This document shows, piece by piece, positions 9,015 to 20,861 of a DNA stretch of 64,000 nt; the stretch's first letter is position 1; every line of letters begins with the position of its first letter. Under the pieces are notes generated by a model that searched no databases, was not told the origin of the DNA, and saw nothing but the letters and a program-made list of their open reading frames with translations. Source of the stretch: Calditrichia bacterium (GTDB lineage Bacteria; Calditrichota; Calditrichia; JAJRVZ01); contig CAWCNS010000012.1 in NCBI GenBank assembly GCA_963796965.1, positions 1-64,000 of the forward strand, given 5' to 3'. Position numbers and translations under genes: made by a program.

Positions 9015-11389
9015 CTATTTTACCAACAACATTTTTCGAACTGCTGTATGATTTTCTGTAAACAACTGCATAAAATAAATTCCCGAAGGAAACGACTTGC
9101 ATCCCAGATTAATTCTATATTTATTTGCCAATTTCTTCCTATTTTCCAATACCTGTACCAATTGTCCAGTAATATCATATATAGAAAGATTAATCCTTCC
9201 TGATTTTGCCAGCTGATAGTAAATGGTTGTGCTATTATTAAATGGATTGGGATAGTTTTGATAAAGTTTAAATTGAGAAGGAAAGAAATTTCATTTTTAA
9301 TAAAATTTACTGGATTGATCCCAAAGGCACCCATATCAGGGGCAAGCCATCATATTCTTCTGGTAGTAAATTGACGATTGTGTCTCCATCAAATTCAGAA
9401 AGGCCGTACCAGCATCAATACAAGGAGATTCTGGTTTTAAATGATAATCAAATAGTTCACCGCCGACAAATAGAGGATCTTCATCTATATTACCTTCCAG
9501 CCAATTTATGGTGGTTGTCCCATCCTTGACGATACCATCTTCACCGAATTCAATATTCGACCAGCCTATAGTTACAGAGGGATAGGTGTTAAAGCCCCAT
9601 TTGCATAATATTGATTTTTCCCCATTGCCTCTTATTATAGAATTAACGACATTTACCTCTGCATGACCTAAAACACATAATCCACCGATATGATCTGATG
9701 AAGCATTATAGTAATTATCTGCAATAGTAACATTTATTAAGTCCGCGTCCAAACCGTATATATACATACCCGCAGATATCTTAGAATTTGAGTTTGGAGA
9801 GTTCCCATAAATTAATACATTTTTTAACTGGTAATGATTTGGGGGATATGCAATATTAAGAGATATGGCACCTGAATGACCACCGTGATTATTTCTAACA
9901 ACCAGATTTTCAAGGTCAATGAGGTGCCCCCCTTCACTATAAATCCCCCCTCCTCCAGAATCATTGCCATTTTGTAAGGTAATATTTTTAATTTTAAAAT
10001 TTCTAATACGAGAAAACTGCCACAGTTGATTCTTGTCTTCTCCATCTAATAGTGTTGTCTCTTCTTTATCCCCGATAACTGATAAATAATTGCGACCAAA
10101 TAGTGGTAAATCTTCCCCAGTTAATGAGTCAGAATATAGACCGGGTGCCACATATATATATCTTTGTTTGCTGTTATCAGTTGAAGTACATAGAATTGCT
10201 TTGTTTATAGACCTGAGTGCGTCTGAAGGTGAAGTACCTGAATTTTCATCCGAACCATCGGCAGATACATAAAGATGGGCATCGACGCTCTCAAAAATGG
10301 GATTCTGAACAGTTAAATTAAATTTTTCCAACGGATAGAAATGAAACTGGCTGGGCTCAGAAACACGTAAAACTATCCAATTTTGCCTCAAATATCCATT
10401 TCATCATTGGCCATGGCAATATCTGCGCCGCCTTCATGGGCCTTGTTGAAATAAATGCTCGATGGTTTTTCTTCAGAAAATGATAGACTTGTCGGTGATT
10501 CACAAAATATACCACCGCCCGTATGACGTTTTATTTTATTGTTGAAGATACTCACATTTGCAAGATGAACTAACATTTCCCCTTCACCACAACAAATACC
10601 TCCCCACCTGAATTGTCACACATATTGTCATTTATTCTGACATTATCCATATATACTTTGGTTGAATCGCGTCCAATAAAAAGACCACCTCCAAGTAAAA
10701 AGATATATTTGTTTTATTTCAACATTTTGCAGATTCAACCTGTAGAACCAAATACAGATAATACCACCGCCACCTCCACGAGCATAATTTGATTCGATAA
10801 TTGTGTTTAGAGCAGTCACATATGACTAATCAACGATAAATAATCCACCGCCACTGGGAAATCCTTCAGCAGGACCACTTATGCCTTTATTGTTTGCAAT
10901 AAGAACATTATCTAGTAATAAGTCAGACTTTCGGCAATGGATACCCCCACCAGGAATATAAACTTCATTGTTTATTATCCGGGTATGTTGAATAATTGCC
11001 CTTGATTCATTTAAAACTATCCACCTGCGGTACATCTGGCACCATTTGATAAGGTAAGACCAATATAATTGAAAGGTTGAGTCAACGTACATTTACAATT
11101 TTGAGCACAGATCCCATTCCTTGCCATCGATAATAGTATTAGAAATATCACTCGTGTCGTTACTGAACATGAATTCAGAAGTGAGAACAAGATATTTGCC
11201 ATCCACCTTAAGGTTCTCATAATAGGTACCGGGAGCCACCAGAACGGTATCTCCGTTTAAAGTGCTGTCAATGGCTGACTGGATGGTAGGGTATAAAGGG
11301 ATGGGAACATTTAGCACATCACTTTTTAAGGTAATGTCGCTGTAAAACAGAAATACGATGAATAATATAACTCTTGTTGAACTTTTCAT
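9015..11389 (-). CDS. Cassette 2: large secreted right-handed beta-helix (pectin lyase-like/DUF1565-type) protein with T9SS-type CTD; multiply frameshifted
   Basis: YPTIQSAID...GDTVLVAPGTYYEN; repeated GGGI motifs; YVSADGSDENSG; EDPLFV...YHLKPESPCIDAG; ends RKMLLVK stop. Confidence 0.75.
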
Positions 11390-11411
11390 TTGAACACCTT
11401 TCTATCTCGCT

Positions 11412-11502
11412 GGCTAACGGCTGGCGCTTAGTGGCGCCGATTTTTGGCAACTCACTTTCGCATGCCACGTGTTTAGGCGTCCGCTACAGCGCATTGTTAG
11501 AC
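11412..11502 (-). other. attC site (91 bp variant)
   Basis: GGCTAAC...GCGCTTAGTGG / CCGCTACAGCGC...GTTAGAC. Confidence 0.88.
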
Positions 11503-11966
11503 GCATTTTTATTTACAATATAATCTTTAAATTCCTGATCATATATTTTTTATGAATAATTCAAAAACTTTTTGAATTCGCTTAGTAATATCAATAAAAT
11601 GCCAAATTTTTTTTTCAGGTTTTACTTGAATTCTGTCATAGGAAAGATGAGTTATTTCTTTATGGGCTCTTTTTGTGCATTAGATAAATTGTCAGGTATA
11701 TTTGGGCAAATAGTCAACCATTCTGACTTTGTTTAAAAAAATCTTCGGCGATTACATGATCATTTTTTGGTTTGACTGACCAAAGAAAATCGATAAGATT
11801 TCTTACATGAAGGGCAAAGGATTCAATTAAAGCATTATTAACAACACTGTGTCCAAATACTCCAGAAGATAAACCACTCGAAACATTGATTAACATGTCC
11901 ATTTCATAAATCAAATGCCCAAGAATATTTTTAAAGATCTGAGTTGGTTCTTTTTTTACGACTCAT
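11503..11966 (-). CDS. Cassette 1 (attI-proximal): hypothetical protein, frameshifted; 3' end approximate
   Basis: ATG at 11966; core fragment ALIESFALHVRNLIDFL. Confidence 0.6.
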
Positions 11967-11981
11967 TTTTATTCTCGGTGC

Positions 11982-12030
11982 GTCTAACATATGATTAACT
12001 ATTAAAAGTAATCATAATAATTATAAAATT
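11982..12030 (-). other. attI site (core GTTAGAC at 11988-11982); upstream extent approximate
   Basis: GTTAGACGCA matches the R'' end of the first cassette (GTTAGACGCA at 11496); no attC palindrome upstream; faces intI. Confidence 0.75.
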
Positions 12031-12335
12031 GGTGATGAAATTCACAATAAAATAAAAAAAATAATTTTTATATATACAATCTAATTAATGACTTGTCCAA
12101 GTTCATATGGTGAATGGTTCACCATAATTTGTTGAGACAGGGTGTCGTGATTACTCATAATAGGCGGTAAAAGATTCCCCTACATAATACTCCTTTTATA
12201 GCCGCCAATCATAGCGCTGCCAGGTAAGCTACAATCATTTATATCACAACTTTCATGCCATCATCAATATTGTGCTATAACCCTAATAAAATCAAAAAAA
12301 TACGCAAGAATAATCGTTTGACAATTTGTCACCAT

Positions 12336-12376
12336 ATGTGAACGATACTTCACATCATGTGAATAATACTTCACAT
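12336..12376. promoter_or_regulatory. Tandem palindromic operator-like sites ATGTGAA-N6-TTCACAT (x2)
   Basis: 12336-12355 and 12357-12376, 21 bp apart, between attI and intI. Confidence 0.6.
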
Positions 12377-12520
12377 TTGCCCCTTTTATACTTGAAAAAT
12401 TATCTGTCCCCGATTTTACAAAAATAGGTTTAAAATTGTCCTTTTTAAAAATGGAACGATCTTTGCAACTATTCCTCATCAGAGGGAATATTTATAATTA
12501 ATATAGGAAATACCACTGCC

Positions 12521-13477
12521 ATGTCAAGCAAAAAATTTCTCGATCAAATGCGTGATTTTATCCGTGCACGGCACCTCAGCCTGCGTACGGAACAAGCTTA
12601 TCTTAATTGGATAAAACGTTTTATCCTCTTCCACAACAAACGACATCCGGTCACAATGAATGCCCGGGAAATAAACCAATACCTTACCTATCTGGCGGTG
12701 AAATCAAATGTCGCTGCCTCTACCCAGAACCAGGCCCTCAATGCCATCATGTTTATGTACCGCGAATTTCTCGAAAGGGATATTGGAGATATTGGTAATT
12801 ATATTCGTGCAAAAAGGTCCCAGAAAATGCCCGTGGTTCTTTCCCGTCAGGAAGTTGACCAGGTGTTATCAAATTTGAATGGGGTATATAAATTAATGGC
12901 TGGATTGATGTATGGATCCGGATTGCGCCTGATAGAATGTGTGCGATTACGCATCAAAGATGCGGATTTTAGATACAAAGCTATCAATGTGCGGGAGGGA
13001 AAGGGCAGTAAGGATCGTATGACGGTGTTACCAGATAAAATCGCAACACCCCTTAAACTACAAATAAATAAAGTGAAGATTATCCATAAACAAGACCTGC
13101 AAGATGGCTATGGTTCAGTTTTCCTTCCCTATGCGCTGGATAAAAAATATAAAAATGCAGAAAAATCCTGGCAATGGCAGTATGTCTTTCCCGCATCACA
13201 ACTCTCTGTCGATCCCAGAAGTGGAAAAACCCGCAGACATCACGTATCAGAAAACATGGTCCAGAAAGAAGTACGTAAGGCCGTCAGGAAATCGGAGATT
13301 GCAAAACCGGCCAGCTGTCACACCCTCAGACATAGTTTCGCTACCCATCTACTCGAAAATGGAAGTGATATCCGAACCGTTCAGGAACTTCTTGGCCATA
13401 AAGATCTGCGCACAACCATGATTTACACCCATGTCCTCAACCGCGGTCCCCTTGCCGTCCACAGCCCCTTGGATTAA
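12521..13477 (+). CDS. intI: Integron integrase
   Basis: Tyrosine recombinase motifs [30 protein letters not shown] plus the integron-specific insert [15 protein letters not shown]...WQYVFP. Confidence 0.97.
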   Translation: MSSKKFLDQMRDFIRARHLSLRTEQAYLNWIKRFILFHNKRHPVTMNAREINQYLTYLAVKSNVAASTQNQALNAIMFMYREFLERDIGDIGNYIRAKRSQKMPVVLSRQEVDQVLSNLNGVYKLMAGLMYGSGLRLIECVRLRIKDADFRYKAINVREGKGSKDRMTVLPDKIATPLKLQINKVKIIHKQDLQDGYGSVFLPYALDKKYKNAEKSWQWQYVFPASQLSVDPRSGKTRRHHVSENMVQKEVRKAVRKSEIAKPASCHTLRHSFATHLLENGSDIRTVQELLGHKDLRTTMIYTHVLNRGPLAVHSPLD

Positions 13478-13534
13478 TCTAAATAAAATTTGCTAATGTC
13501 TTCCATTTGTATCTTCGTCGATACTATAAAAAAT

Positions 13535-13870
13535 AAAAGATAAACACCAAGCACACAAAGTAGACACAAAGTCCACAAAGAAAAGAACTATTCTATTAAC
13601 TGAATCTTGCTTGGTTAAGATCTATGATTCTAAATCAAGATTTATGATAAGCAAAATTTAAAACCCTAATATTTATTCTCTGCGTCGCTGCGTCGCTGCG
13701 CGAGACAAAAAGATAAACACCAAGCACACAAAGTAGACACAAAGTCCACAAAGAAAAGATTTAATCTACTAATTGAATCTCGCTTACTAAAGATCTATAA
13801 TTTTAAATTAAGATATAGGCGAAGCAAGATCTAAAACCCTAATATTTTCTCTCTGCGTCGCTGCGTGAGA
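13535..13870 (-). repeat. ~173-bp intergenic repeat, 2 tandem units
   Basis: AAAGATAAACAC at period 173; CACAAAG and CTCTGCG/CGCTGCG arms. Confidence 0.9.
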
Positions 13871-13979
13871 TAAAAACCTCATAATTTGAGAATTCGTGAA
13901 ATTCGTCAAAATTCGACTTGTCCCGTTCCACGGGAGTAATTCGTGGACAAAGCACCCCATCGCTAAAGAAAAAAGAGTC

Positions 13980-14843
13980 CTATTTCGCCAGATCCACCTT
14001 CCCGCTCAGATCAAAAGGCAAATTAAAATCACCCAATAAATCCAGGGTACTCGATAAATTTCCCTGACCGCTTAACCGATAATTTAATCCTTGTCCATTC
14101 GCAACCACATTATAAACCGATGTTCCTAATTTTAAAAAACTGATCGAAAAGGGCAGGTGAACAGTATCTTTACCTTTGCTGGCCAAAGTGATCTTATCTT
14201 TGGTCTGACCGGATATCCAATCACTGCCGTTTATGTTTAACCCATATTGTAAGGCATTAACGATAAGACCCCAGCTATTCGGATTATCAATACCGATGGC
14301 CAGGTCAAATTCGGCTCCCGTAAATGTTAACTTGGATAGTTTAATAGATGCTAAACTAATTGCCGGAAGTTTAACCATTGGAACCTTACCGGATGTACTC
14401 ACCGGAACGCGGACAGGACCCAGAATTGGCAAATTAAATGACAGACCGGTGTTTAGAGTATATCCCACTTCGTCTTCAGTTTTTAAACTTTGATACGTTT
14501 TATAGATATTCATGAAATCTAAAGTTAAGGGTATTTGCACAGTGGCATTTCCCTGTGCTTTAATTTCCATTTCCTTTTTCTGATCACCTTTTAAAAAAGA
14601 CTGCTTGTTCAATAACAGATCATAATCGAATCCGGCTAAACTAATCCCAGCAGCGTTTGGATTGTTGATCTCGATATCGAAGAGCAGATCAGCCTGATCA
14701 AAAGATAAACTGGAAAGCTTTGCGTTACTTACTTTTACAATGGGTTTTTTTATACCACTCTGGTTCAGAATCTTCAATACATCCGAACAGTGATATAAAT
14801 TCAGACTAATCATTATCACCACTAAAATTCTAAAATATTTCAT
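13980..14843 (-). CDS. LEA type 2 (WHy) domain lipoprotein, two domains
   Basis: IEINNPN and IDNPN motifs; lipoprotein-like signal. Confidence 0.88.
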   Translation of the reverse strand: MKYFRILVVIMISLNLYHCSDVLKILNQSGIKKPIVKVSNAKLSSLSFDQADLLFDIEINNPNAAGISLAGFDYDLLLNKQSFLKGDQKKEMEIKAQGNATVQIPLTLDFMNIYKTYQSLKTEDEVGYTLNTGLSFNLPILGPVRVPVSTSGKVPMVKLPAISLASIKLSKLTFTGAEFDLAIGIDNPNSWGLIVNALQYGLNINGSDWISGQTKDKITLASKGKDTVHLPFSISFLKLGTSVYNVVANGQGLNYRLSGQGNLSSTLDLLGDFNLPFDLSGKVDLAK

Positions 14844-14984
14844 TTTTCTTCCTAATTCTTTTTATTTTCAGAAATAATATTACTTCACCTTCACATAATA
14901 TTCAAATATACTATTACAATGATTCAACTACCTAAAATGCTGTTCATGTTTTGTATTAATTATCTTTTATTATTGACGCCTCCG

Positions 14985-15673
14985 CGAGAGACAAAAAGAT
15001 AAACACAAAGAACACAAAGAAGTCACAAAGTCCACAAAGAAAAGATTTAATCTACTAATTGAATCTCGCTTGCTTAAGATCTATAATTTTAAAGTAAGAA
15101 ATTGGGAAAGCAAAATCTAAAACCCTAATATTTTTCCTCTGCGCCTCTGCGTCTCTGCGAGAGACAAAAAGATAAACACAAAGAACACAAAGAAGTCACA
15201 AAGTCCACAAAGAAAAGATTTAATCTACTAATTGAATCTCGCTTGCTTAAGATCTATAATTTTAAAGTAAGAAATTGGGAAAGCAAAATCTAAAACCCTA
15301 ATATTTTTCCTCTGCGCCTCTGCGTCTCTGCGAGAGACAAAAGATAAACACCAAGCACACAAAGACGTCACAAAGTCCACAAAGAAAAGATCTATTCTAT
15401 TAATTGGATCTCGCTTGATTATGATCTATAATTTTAAACTAAGATATTAGGGAAAGCAAAATCTAAAACCCTAATATTTTTCCTCTGCGCCTCTGCGTCT
15501 CTGCGAGAGACAAAAGATAAACACCAAGCACACAAAGACGTCACAAAGTCCACAAAGAAAAGATCTATTCTATTAATTGGATCTCGCTTGATTATGATCT
15601 ATAATTTTAAAGTAAGAAATTGGGTAAGCAAAATCTAAAACCCTAATATTTTTCCTCTGCGCCTCCGCGCCTC
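14985..15673 (-). repeat. ~173-bp repeat, 4 tandem units (plus a fragment at 15757-15795)
   Basis: Periods 173, 172, 173; units 1/2 and 3/4 nearly identical. Confidence 0.95.
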
Positions 15674-15876
15674 TTAAATCTTGGAAGAATTAATCCCTGT
15701 CGAAGATCCGTCCTTTGGCGGACAAGTCGACAGGATGTCGACGCTATTGTGGGGATGCGAGAGACAAAAAGATAAACACAAAGATCACAAAGAATAAATA
15801 ATATAAAGAATAAAATTCGTGAAATTCGTGAAATTCGTGAAATTCGTTCAAATTTGTGTAATTAGTGGATAATCCA

Positions 15877-17265
15877 TTAAACCTCCCGCAACTTCCACCG
15901 CCCCCGTCTGAAGACAGCAATGCCAAGCACACCCAGCATCGACTCAGATACAATAATCGAAAGAAATACACCCCTCTCTTCCAAGCCGAGAACCAATGCT
16001 AAATAATAGGCCAACGGGATTTCAATCATCCAGAAACAGATAAAATTCAACACCGTTGGTGTCATGGTGTCACCGGCACCATTAAAGGCCTGGGTCATCA
16101 CCATCCCAAAAGCATAAAAGGCATACCCATAACTCAGGAATCTTAGACATTGTGCACCGATGGCCACAACCTTTGGTTCATCAGTGAAGAAACGAATCAG
16201 AAAATCCGGGTAAATGATAAAAATAATTGCGATTAAACACAAAAAGATCATATTTATAAAAGCAGATATCCAAACAGACTTTTCTGCCCGGTCTGGTTTC
16301 TTCGCTCCAAGATTCTGGCCCACAAGGGTAGAGGCAGCATTACTCATTCCCCAGGAAGGCAAAATCGAGAATACAATGATCCGGATCGCAATCGTATAGC
16401 CTGCCAGGGCTTCACTTCCAAAAACAGCCATTATACGCATAAGTCCAACCCAACTGGAAGTTGCAATCAAAAATTGTCCGATCCCTCCCAGAGAGAGTCG
16501 TAGAAGTCGTTTCATTACCCCAAAATCGACTTTTATTTGTTCCTTGTAAATTTTTATACGGCCATTTCGTCTAAAGAGGAGCATAAACTGAAACAATACA
16601 CCCGTACCTCTACCTATGGCAGTAGCCACAGCTGCACCCGTGACGCCGAGTTCCGGAAATGGACCAAGGCCAAGAATCAGACAAGGGTCTAAAACGATAT
16701 TTATAAGATTTGCTATCCATAGAATTCTCATTGCATAGGCTGCGTCTCCTGCACCGCGGAAAACAGCATTGATGATAAATAGCAGCATAATAACGACATT
16801 ACTGCCCAGCATAATACCGGTAAAAAGATATCCGGATGCTATCACTTCTTCAGAGGCACCCATCAGCCTTAATAAATCTGAGGCATAAAATATTCCGGCA
16901 AATGCGATGATAATCGAAACAAGAACGCCCGTTAGAATGGCCTGCACAGTTGCGACCGCAGCGCCTTCAGGATTTTTCTCCCCAATTCTGCGTGATACAA
17001 TTGCTGTGGTGGCCATACTCAATCCGATGGAAATGGCATATACCATTGTCAGCATCGACTCCGTCAACCCAACTGTTGCCACGGCCTCCGCACCAAGTTG
17101 TGAGACAAAAAAGATATCAACCACTGCGAAAACGGATTCCATCAACATCTCTAGCACCATCGGAATTGATAGTAGCAGAATAGCCCTGCCGATACTTCCC
17201 GTGGTAAAATCCCGTTCCGATCCTTTTATAGATTCAACAATATCTTGCCACAATTTCACTATCAT
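15877..17265 (-). CDS. MATE family efflux transporter
   Basis: Multi-TM; DFTTGSI, NIVLDP, GVTGAAVAT, VGQNLGA. Confidence 0.93.
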   Translation of the reverse strand: MIVKLWQDIVESIKGSERDFTTGSIGRAILLLSIPMVLEMLMESVFAVVDIFFVSQLGAEAVATVGLTESMLTMVYAISIGLSMATTAIVSRRIGEKNPEGAAVATVQAILTGVLVSIIIAFAGIFYASDLLRLMGASEEVIASGYLFTGIMLGSNVVIMLLFIINAVFRGAGDAAYAMRILWIANLINIVLDPCLILGLGPFPELGVTGAAVATAIGRGTGVLFQFMLLFRRNGRIKIYKEQIKVDFGVMKRLLRLSLGGIGQFLIATSSWVGLMRIMAVFGSEALAGYTIAIRIIVFSILPSWGMSNAASTLVGQNLGAKKPDRAEKSVWISAFINMIFLCLIAIIFIIYPDFLIRFFTDEPKVVAIGAQCLRFLSYGYAFYAFGMVMTQAFNGAGDTMTPTVLNFICFWMIEIPLAYYLALVLGLEERGVFLSIIVSESMLGVLGIAVFRRGRWKLREV

Positions 17266-17311
17266 ACTTTAACTTCCAAACCCTCAACAAGTAAATCATT
17301 GCACGGCTTAA

Positions 17312-17790
17312 AAAAAAGATAAACACAAAGTCCACAAAGAAAAGATCTATGGTTTTTAATTTGAAGATTTAAGGTAAGCAAAATTAAAACCCTAATATTT
17401 TTCTCTGCGCCTCCGAGTCTCTGCGAGTAGAAAAAGATAAAAGATTTACCACAAAGTTCGCAAAGAAGGCACAAAGTCCACAAAGAAAAGATTTAATCTA
17501 TTAATTAGATCTCGTTTGATTACAATCTATGGTTTTAATTTAAGATTTAAGGTAAGCAAAATCTAAAACCCTGATATTTTTTCTCTGCGCCTCCGCGTCT
17601 CTGCGAGAGAAAAAGATAAAAGATTTACCACAAAGTTCTCAAAGTAGGCACAAAGTCCACAAAGAAAAGATTTAATCTATTAATTGGATCTCGTTTGATT
17701 ACAATCTATGGTTTTTAATTTAAGATTTAAGGTAAGCAAAATCTAAAACCCTGATATTTTTTCTCTGCGGCGCTGCGTCGCTGCGTGAAA
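17312..17790 (-). repeat. Same repeat family, 3 units (one 118-bp truncated, two ~179-bp)
   Basis: Same arms and GTAAGCAAAATCTAAAACCC core. Confidence 0.9.
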
Positions 17791-17801
17791 TATAAAAGAG
17801 C

Positions 17802-17833
17802 AAAAAAAAACCCCGGAAGTTCCGGGGTTTTTT
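17802..17833. terminator. Intrinsic terminator (bidirectional) after the sigma factor gene
   Basis: A-tract-CCCCGGAA-G-TTCCGGGG-T-tract. Confidence 0.9.
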
Positions 17834-17854
17834 TAAATCATTTTTACAAAGAAT

Positions 17855-18703
17855 TTATCCTAAATATTGCATCAGGGATTCTTTCCTGGAACTATGACGC
17901 AACTTTTCAATTGCTTTTTCCTTGATCTGACGAACACGCTCACGGGTCAGTTTAAACTTCACACCAACCTCTTCCAATGTATGGGGTCTTTCGCCATCAA
18001 GGCCAAAATACAATTTAAGAATCGTTGCTTCGCGATGTGGTAAAGAATTTAAAATATACTTCACATCTTCAGAAAGAGATTCTTCCATGATATCAGTATC
18101 CGGATCGGGTTCCTGATTATTTTGAATGATATCAACCAGACGATTGTTTTTGCTGTTAGAACCGAGTGGCGAATCCATTGAGACGGAATGGGCAGCTTTT
18201 TTGATGGTATCTCCGACTTCCTCAGAGTCCAAATCTAATACATCTGCGATTTCCGACGGCGTGGGCGCACGTTCAAATTCCTGTTCTAAAGCACTGTAAA
18301 CCTTTCCTATCTTGGTTAATGTACCAACACGATTTAAAGGTAAACGAACAAGACGGGTCTTTTCTGCAATTGCTTGCAATATAGATTGTCTAATCCACCA
18401 GACGGCGTAAGATATAAACTTAAACCCTCTGGTTTCATCAAAGCGGTAGGCGGCCTTCATCAATCCCAGGTTACCCTCATTTATGAGGTCTTCGAGCGAT
18501 AGCCCATGGTTCTGGTATGATTTAGCAACACTTACCACAAAACGTAAATTTGCGTTGACCAGTCTGTTTAAAGCCCTCTGGTCCCCCTGTTTAATTTTTT
18601 GGGCTAATTCAACTTCGTCTTCCGCTGACAACAGTGAATATTCACTGATCTCCCGAAAGTAGTTCTCCAATGTTTGATTACTACTGACACTAAAATCCGA
18701 CAC
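17855..18703 (-). CDS. RNA polymerase sigma70 factor, RpoD/SigA family (short form)
   Basis: [41 protein letters not shown]. Confidence 0.95.
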   Translation of the reverse strand: MSDFSVSSNQTLENYFREISEYSLLSAEDEVELAQKIKQGDQRALNRLVNANLRFVVSVAKSYQNHGLSLEDLINEGNLGLMKAAYRFDETRGFKFISYAVWWIRQSILQAIAEKTRLVRLPLNRVGTLTKIGKVYSALEQEFERAPTPSEIADVLDLDSEEVGDTIKKAAHSVSMDSPLGSNSKNNRLVDIIQNNQEPDPDTDIMEESLSEDVKYILNSLPHREATILKLYFGLDGERPHTLEEVGVKFKLTRERVRQIKEKAIEKLRHSSRKESLMQYLG

Positions 18704-19226
18704 GTATTACTCTCCACTAATTAATAAAAACATCATTAATTAAAACAACTATTTAAATATAATATTGTTCCAAATTTGGTTGGATGTCCCCTTGCTGAAC
18801 ATATGAACGCAAATATACTAAACTTTATGCCCAAAAATCTGTGACCAATGTCATTTTTTCGAAAAAAAATGAATTTATTTTTATATGAAACAAACAAACT
18901 CCCCAAAAAACCAATGACACGCCCACAAATCAGCACCTTTAGAGGATTTCCAATCATAGTAGATATATATATTATAATATCTAATACGTGTTTTTTCTCA
19001 CTTTTATTGCATAAAAAATAAAATAATGGAAATAGTAATGAAATGTGCATGAATTAATAGATGGAATTAGAGATTTGTAATTCGTAATTAGGAACTACTA
19101 ATTAAGTTTTGCTATGAATTCTCAATTCCCAATTCCACATCCGGTATCTCACATCACATATCCCGCATCCCGTATCCCTCATCCCAAATCTGCTATCCCA
19201 TATCTAATATCTCGTATCCCCCCCCC

Positions 19227-20798
19227 TCACTCCGCCAAATACCCTTCCGCCACTTTTGTATAATTTTCCACTTGTTCTTTTTCCCAGGACGTGTTCTTTT
19301 TTAACTCCTTGGCTAGATATTTAGCCACCAATGGTGCCATTTCAATGCTGGTTTTTGCATCCAATAAAATATTGCGTGTCCTGCGAGATAAAAAATCTTC
19401 TACAGTTCGTGCCATCTCATTCCGCGCCGCCCAGACTATTTCTCCGATTATTGTCTTGCTCTTGGAATGGACAACATCGCTATAAACCTTTTTCTCTTTC
19501 AGGATATGCTTAATTTCAAGGGCGTCCGAGCCATAATCAGCTAACGATTCAAAAACCTCCGGATTTTGGTGATGGCCATGAATATTTAGATTTGCCGTTG
19601 CCGAAGGATTAAATTCTAAATCACCAAGTACAACAGCATGATCGATGGTGTCTTCGGCCATCCGTCGGTAGGTTGTCCATTTACCGCCTGCAATAGTTAA
19701 TAGACCCGAGGGTGAAATATGCAAGGTGTGATCACGAGACAATTCAGATGTGTTTTCAGCATTTCCTTGCTTAACCAAGGGTCTTATTCCTGCAAAAGCA
19801 CTACGTATGTCTGAATGGGTAGGGTCTTTGGAAAGGTATCGGGCAGCGTGAGAAATTAAAAAATCAATTTCTTCCTTTAAAGGTCTTGGCTCCAATGATA
19901 TATCCGATATGGGGGTATCAGTTGTTCCAACCACCACACGGTTATGCCAGGGAATAGCAAACAACACACGCCCATCATCAGTTTGTGGTATCATGATCGC
20001 TGTCTCACCTGGAAGAAATGACTTGTCTAAGACGATATGGACACCCTGGCTGGGAACAATCATTGGTTTTATATCGGGATCCGCAAGTTTGCGTACATGA
20101 TCAGTGAAAACGCCGGTTGCGTTAATTACAACTCTGGAATTAAGTGTATATTCTTTGTCATTTTCAATATCGTGAGCTACAACCCCTTTTATAAAATCTC
20201 CTTTTTTAATCAATCCTACAGCTTTTGTATAATTTAATACGGCCGCACCCTGTTCAACAGCAGTTTCGGCCATGTTTATGACCAATCGCGAATCATCAAA
20301 TTGACCATCATGGTAAATCACACCTCCTCTCAAACCTTCTGTTTCGATGGTCGGTATCAATTCTAATGTCTTTTCCTTTGATAAAAGTTTTGATTCGCCA
20401 AAGCCCTCTTTTCCTGCCAATAAATCATACAATTTTAATCCAATTCCGTAAAAGGGTCCCTCCCACCAATCATAACTGGGAACAACAAAAGGTAGATTCT
20501 TTACAAGGTGCGGGGCATTCCTGCCTAATAAACCCCGCTCCTTCAAGGCTTCCAGAACAAGGGATATATTTCCCTGTTGAAGATAGCGTACACCTCCATG
20601 AATTAACTTTGTGCTTCTGCTGGAAGTACCCTTGCTAAAATCATCCTGCTCTAGAAGCAGAACATTATATCCTCTGGAAGCACCTTCAATGGCGGTTCCA
20701 ACACCGGTTGCTCCACCACCAATGATAATAAAATCCCACAGAATTCCCGGATCTGACATCCGGGCCACCATTTCATTTCGATTCATATTTTTTCCCAT
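19227..20798 (-). CDS. glpD: FAD-dependent glycerol-3-phosphate dehydrogenase/oxidase
   Basis: [40 protein letters not shown]. Confidence 0.93.
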   Translation of the reverse strand: MGKNMNRNEMVARMSDPGILWDFIIIGGGATGVGTAIEGASRGYNVLLLEQDDFSKGTSSRSTKLIHGGVRYLQQGNISLVLEALKERGLLGRNAPHLVKNLPFVVPSYDWWEGPFYGIGLKLYDLLAGKEGFGESKLLSKEKTLELIPTIETEGLRGGVIYHDGQFDDSRLVINMAETAVEQGAAVLNYTKAVGLIKKGDFIKGVVAHDIENDKEYTLNSRVVINATGVFTDHVRKLADPDIKPMIVPSQGVHIVLDKSFLPGETAIMIPQTDDGRVLFAIPWHNRVVVGTTDTPISDISLEPRPLKEEIDFLISHAARYLSKDPTHSDIRSAFAGIRPLVKQGNAENTSELSRDHTLHISPSGLLTIAGGKWTTYRRMAEDTIDHAVVLGDLEFNPSATANLNIHGHHQNPEVFESLADYGSDALEIKHILKEKKVYSDVVHSKSKTIIGEIVWAARNEMARTVEDFLSRRTRNILLDAKTSIEMAPLVAKYLAKELKKNTSWEKEQVENYTKVAEGYLAE

Positions 20799-20861
20799 CT
20801 TAAAATATGGTTAATTATTACCTTATTTATTTTCCTTCTTCTCTCACCCCTCTGCATGAAT

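Noticed and set aside
12380..12520. LexA box at the intI promoter
   Set aside because: No CTGT-N8-ACAG or GAAC-N4-GTTC seen; a lineage-specific box cannot be excluded.
14985..15673. CRISPR array
   Set aside because: Whole 173-bp units are duplicated, there are no unique spacers and no cas genes.
17262..17483. Small Cys-rich ORF (also 15744-15971)
   Set aside because: Translation of repeat DNA with no RBS or protein motif.
18736..19050. 104-aa ORF upstream of the sigma factor
   Set aside because: AT-rich promoter region with low-complexity translation and no motifs.
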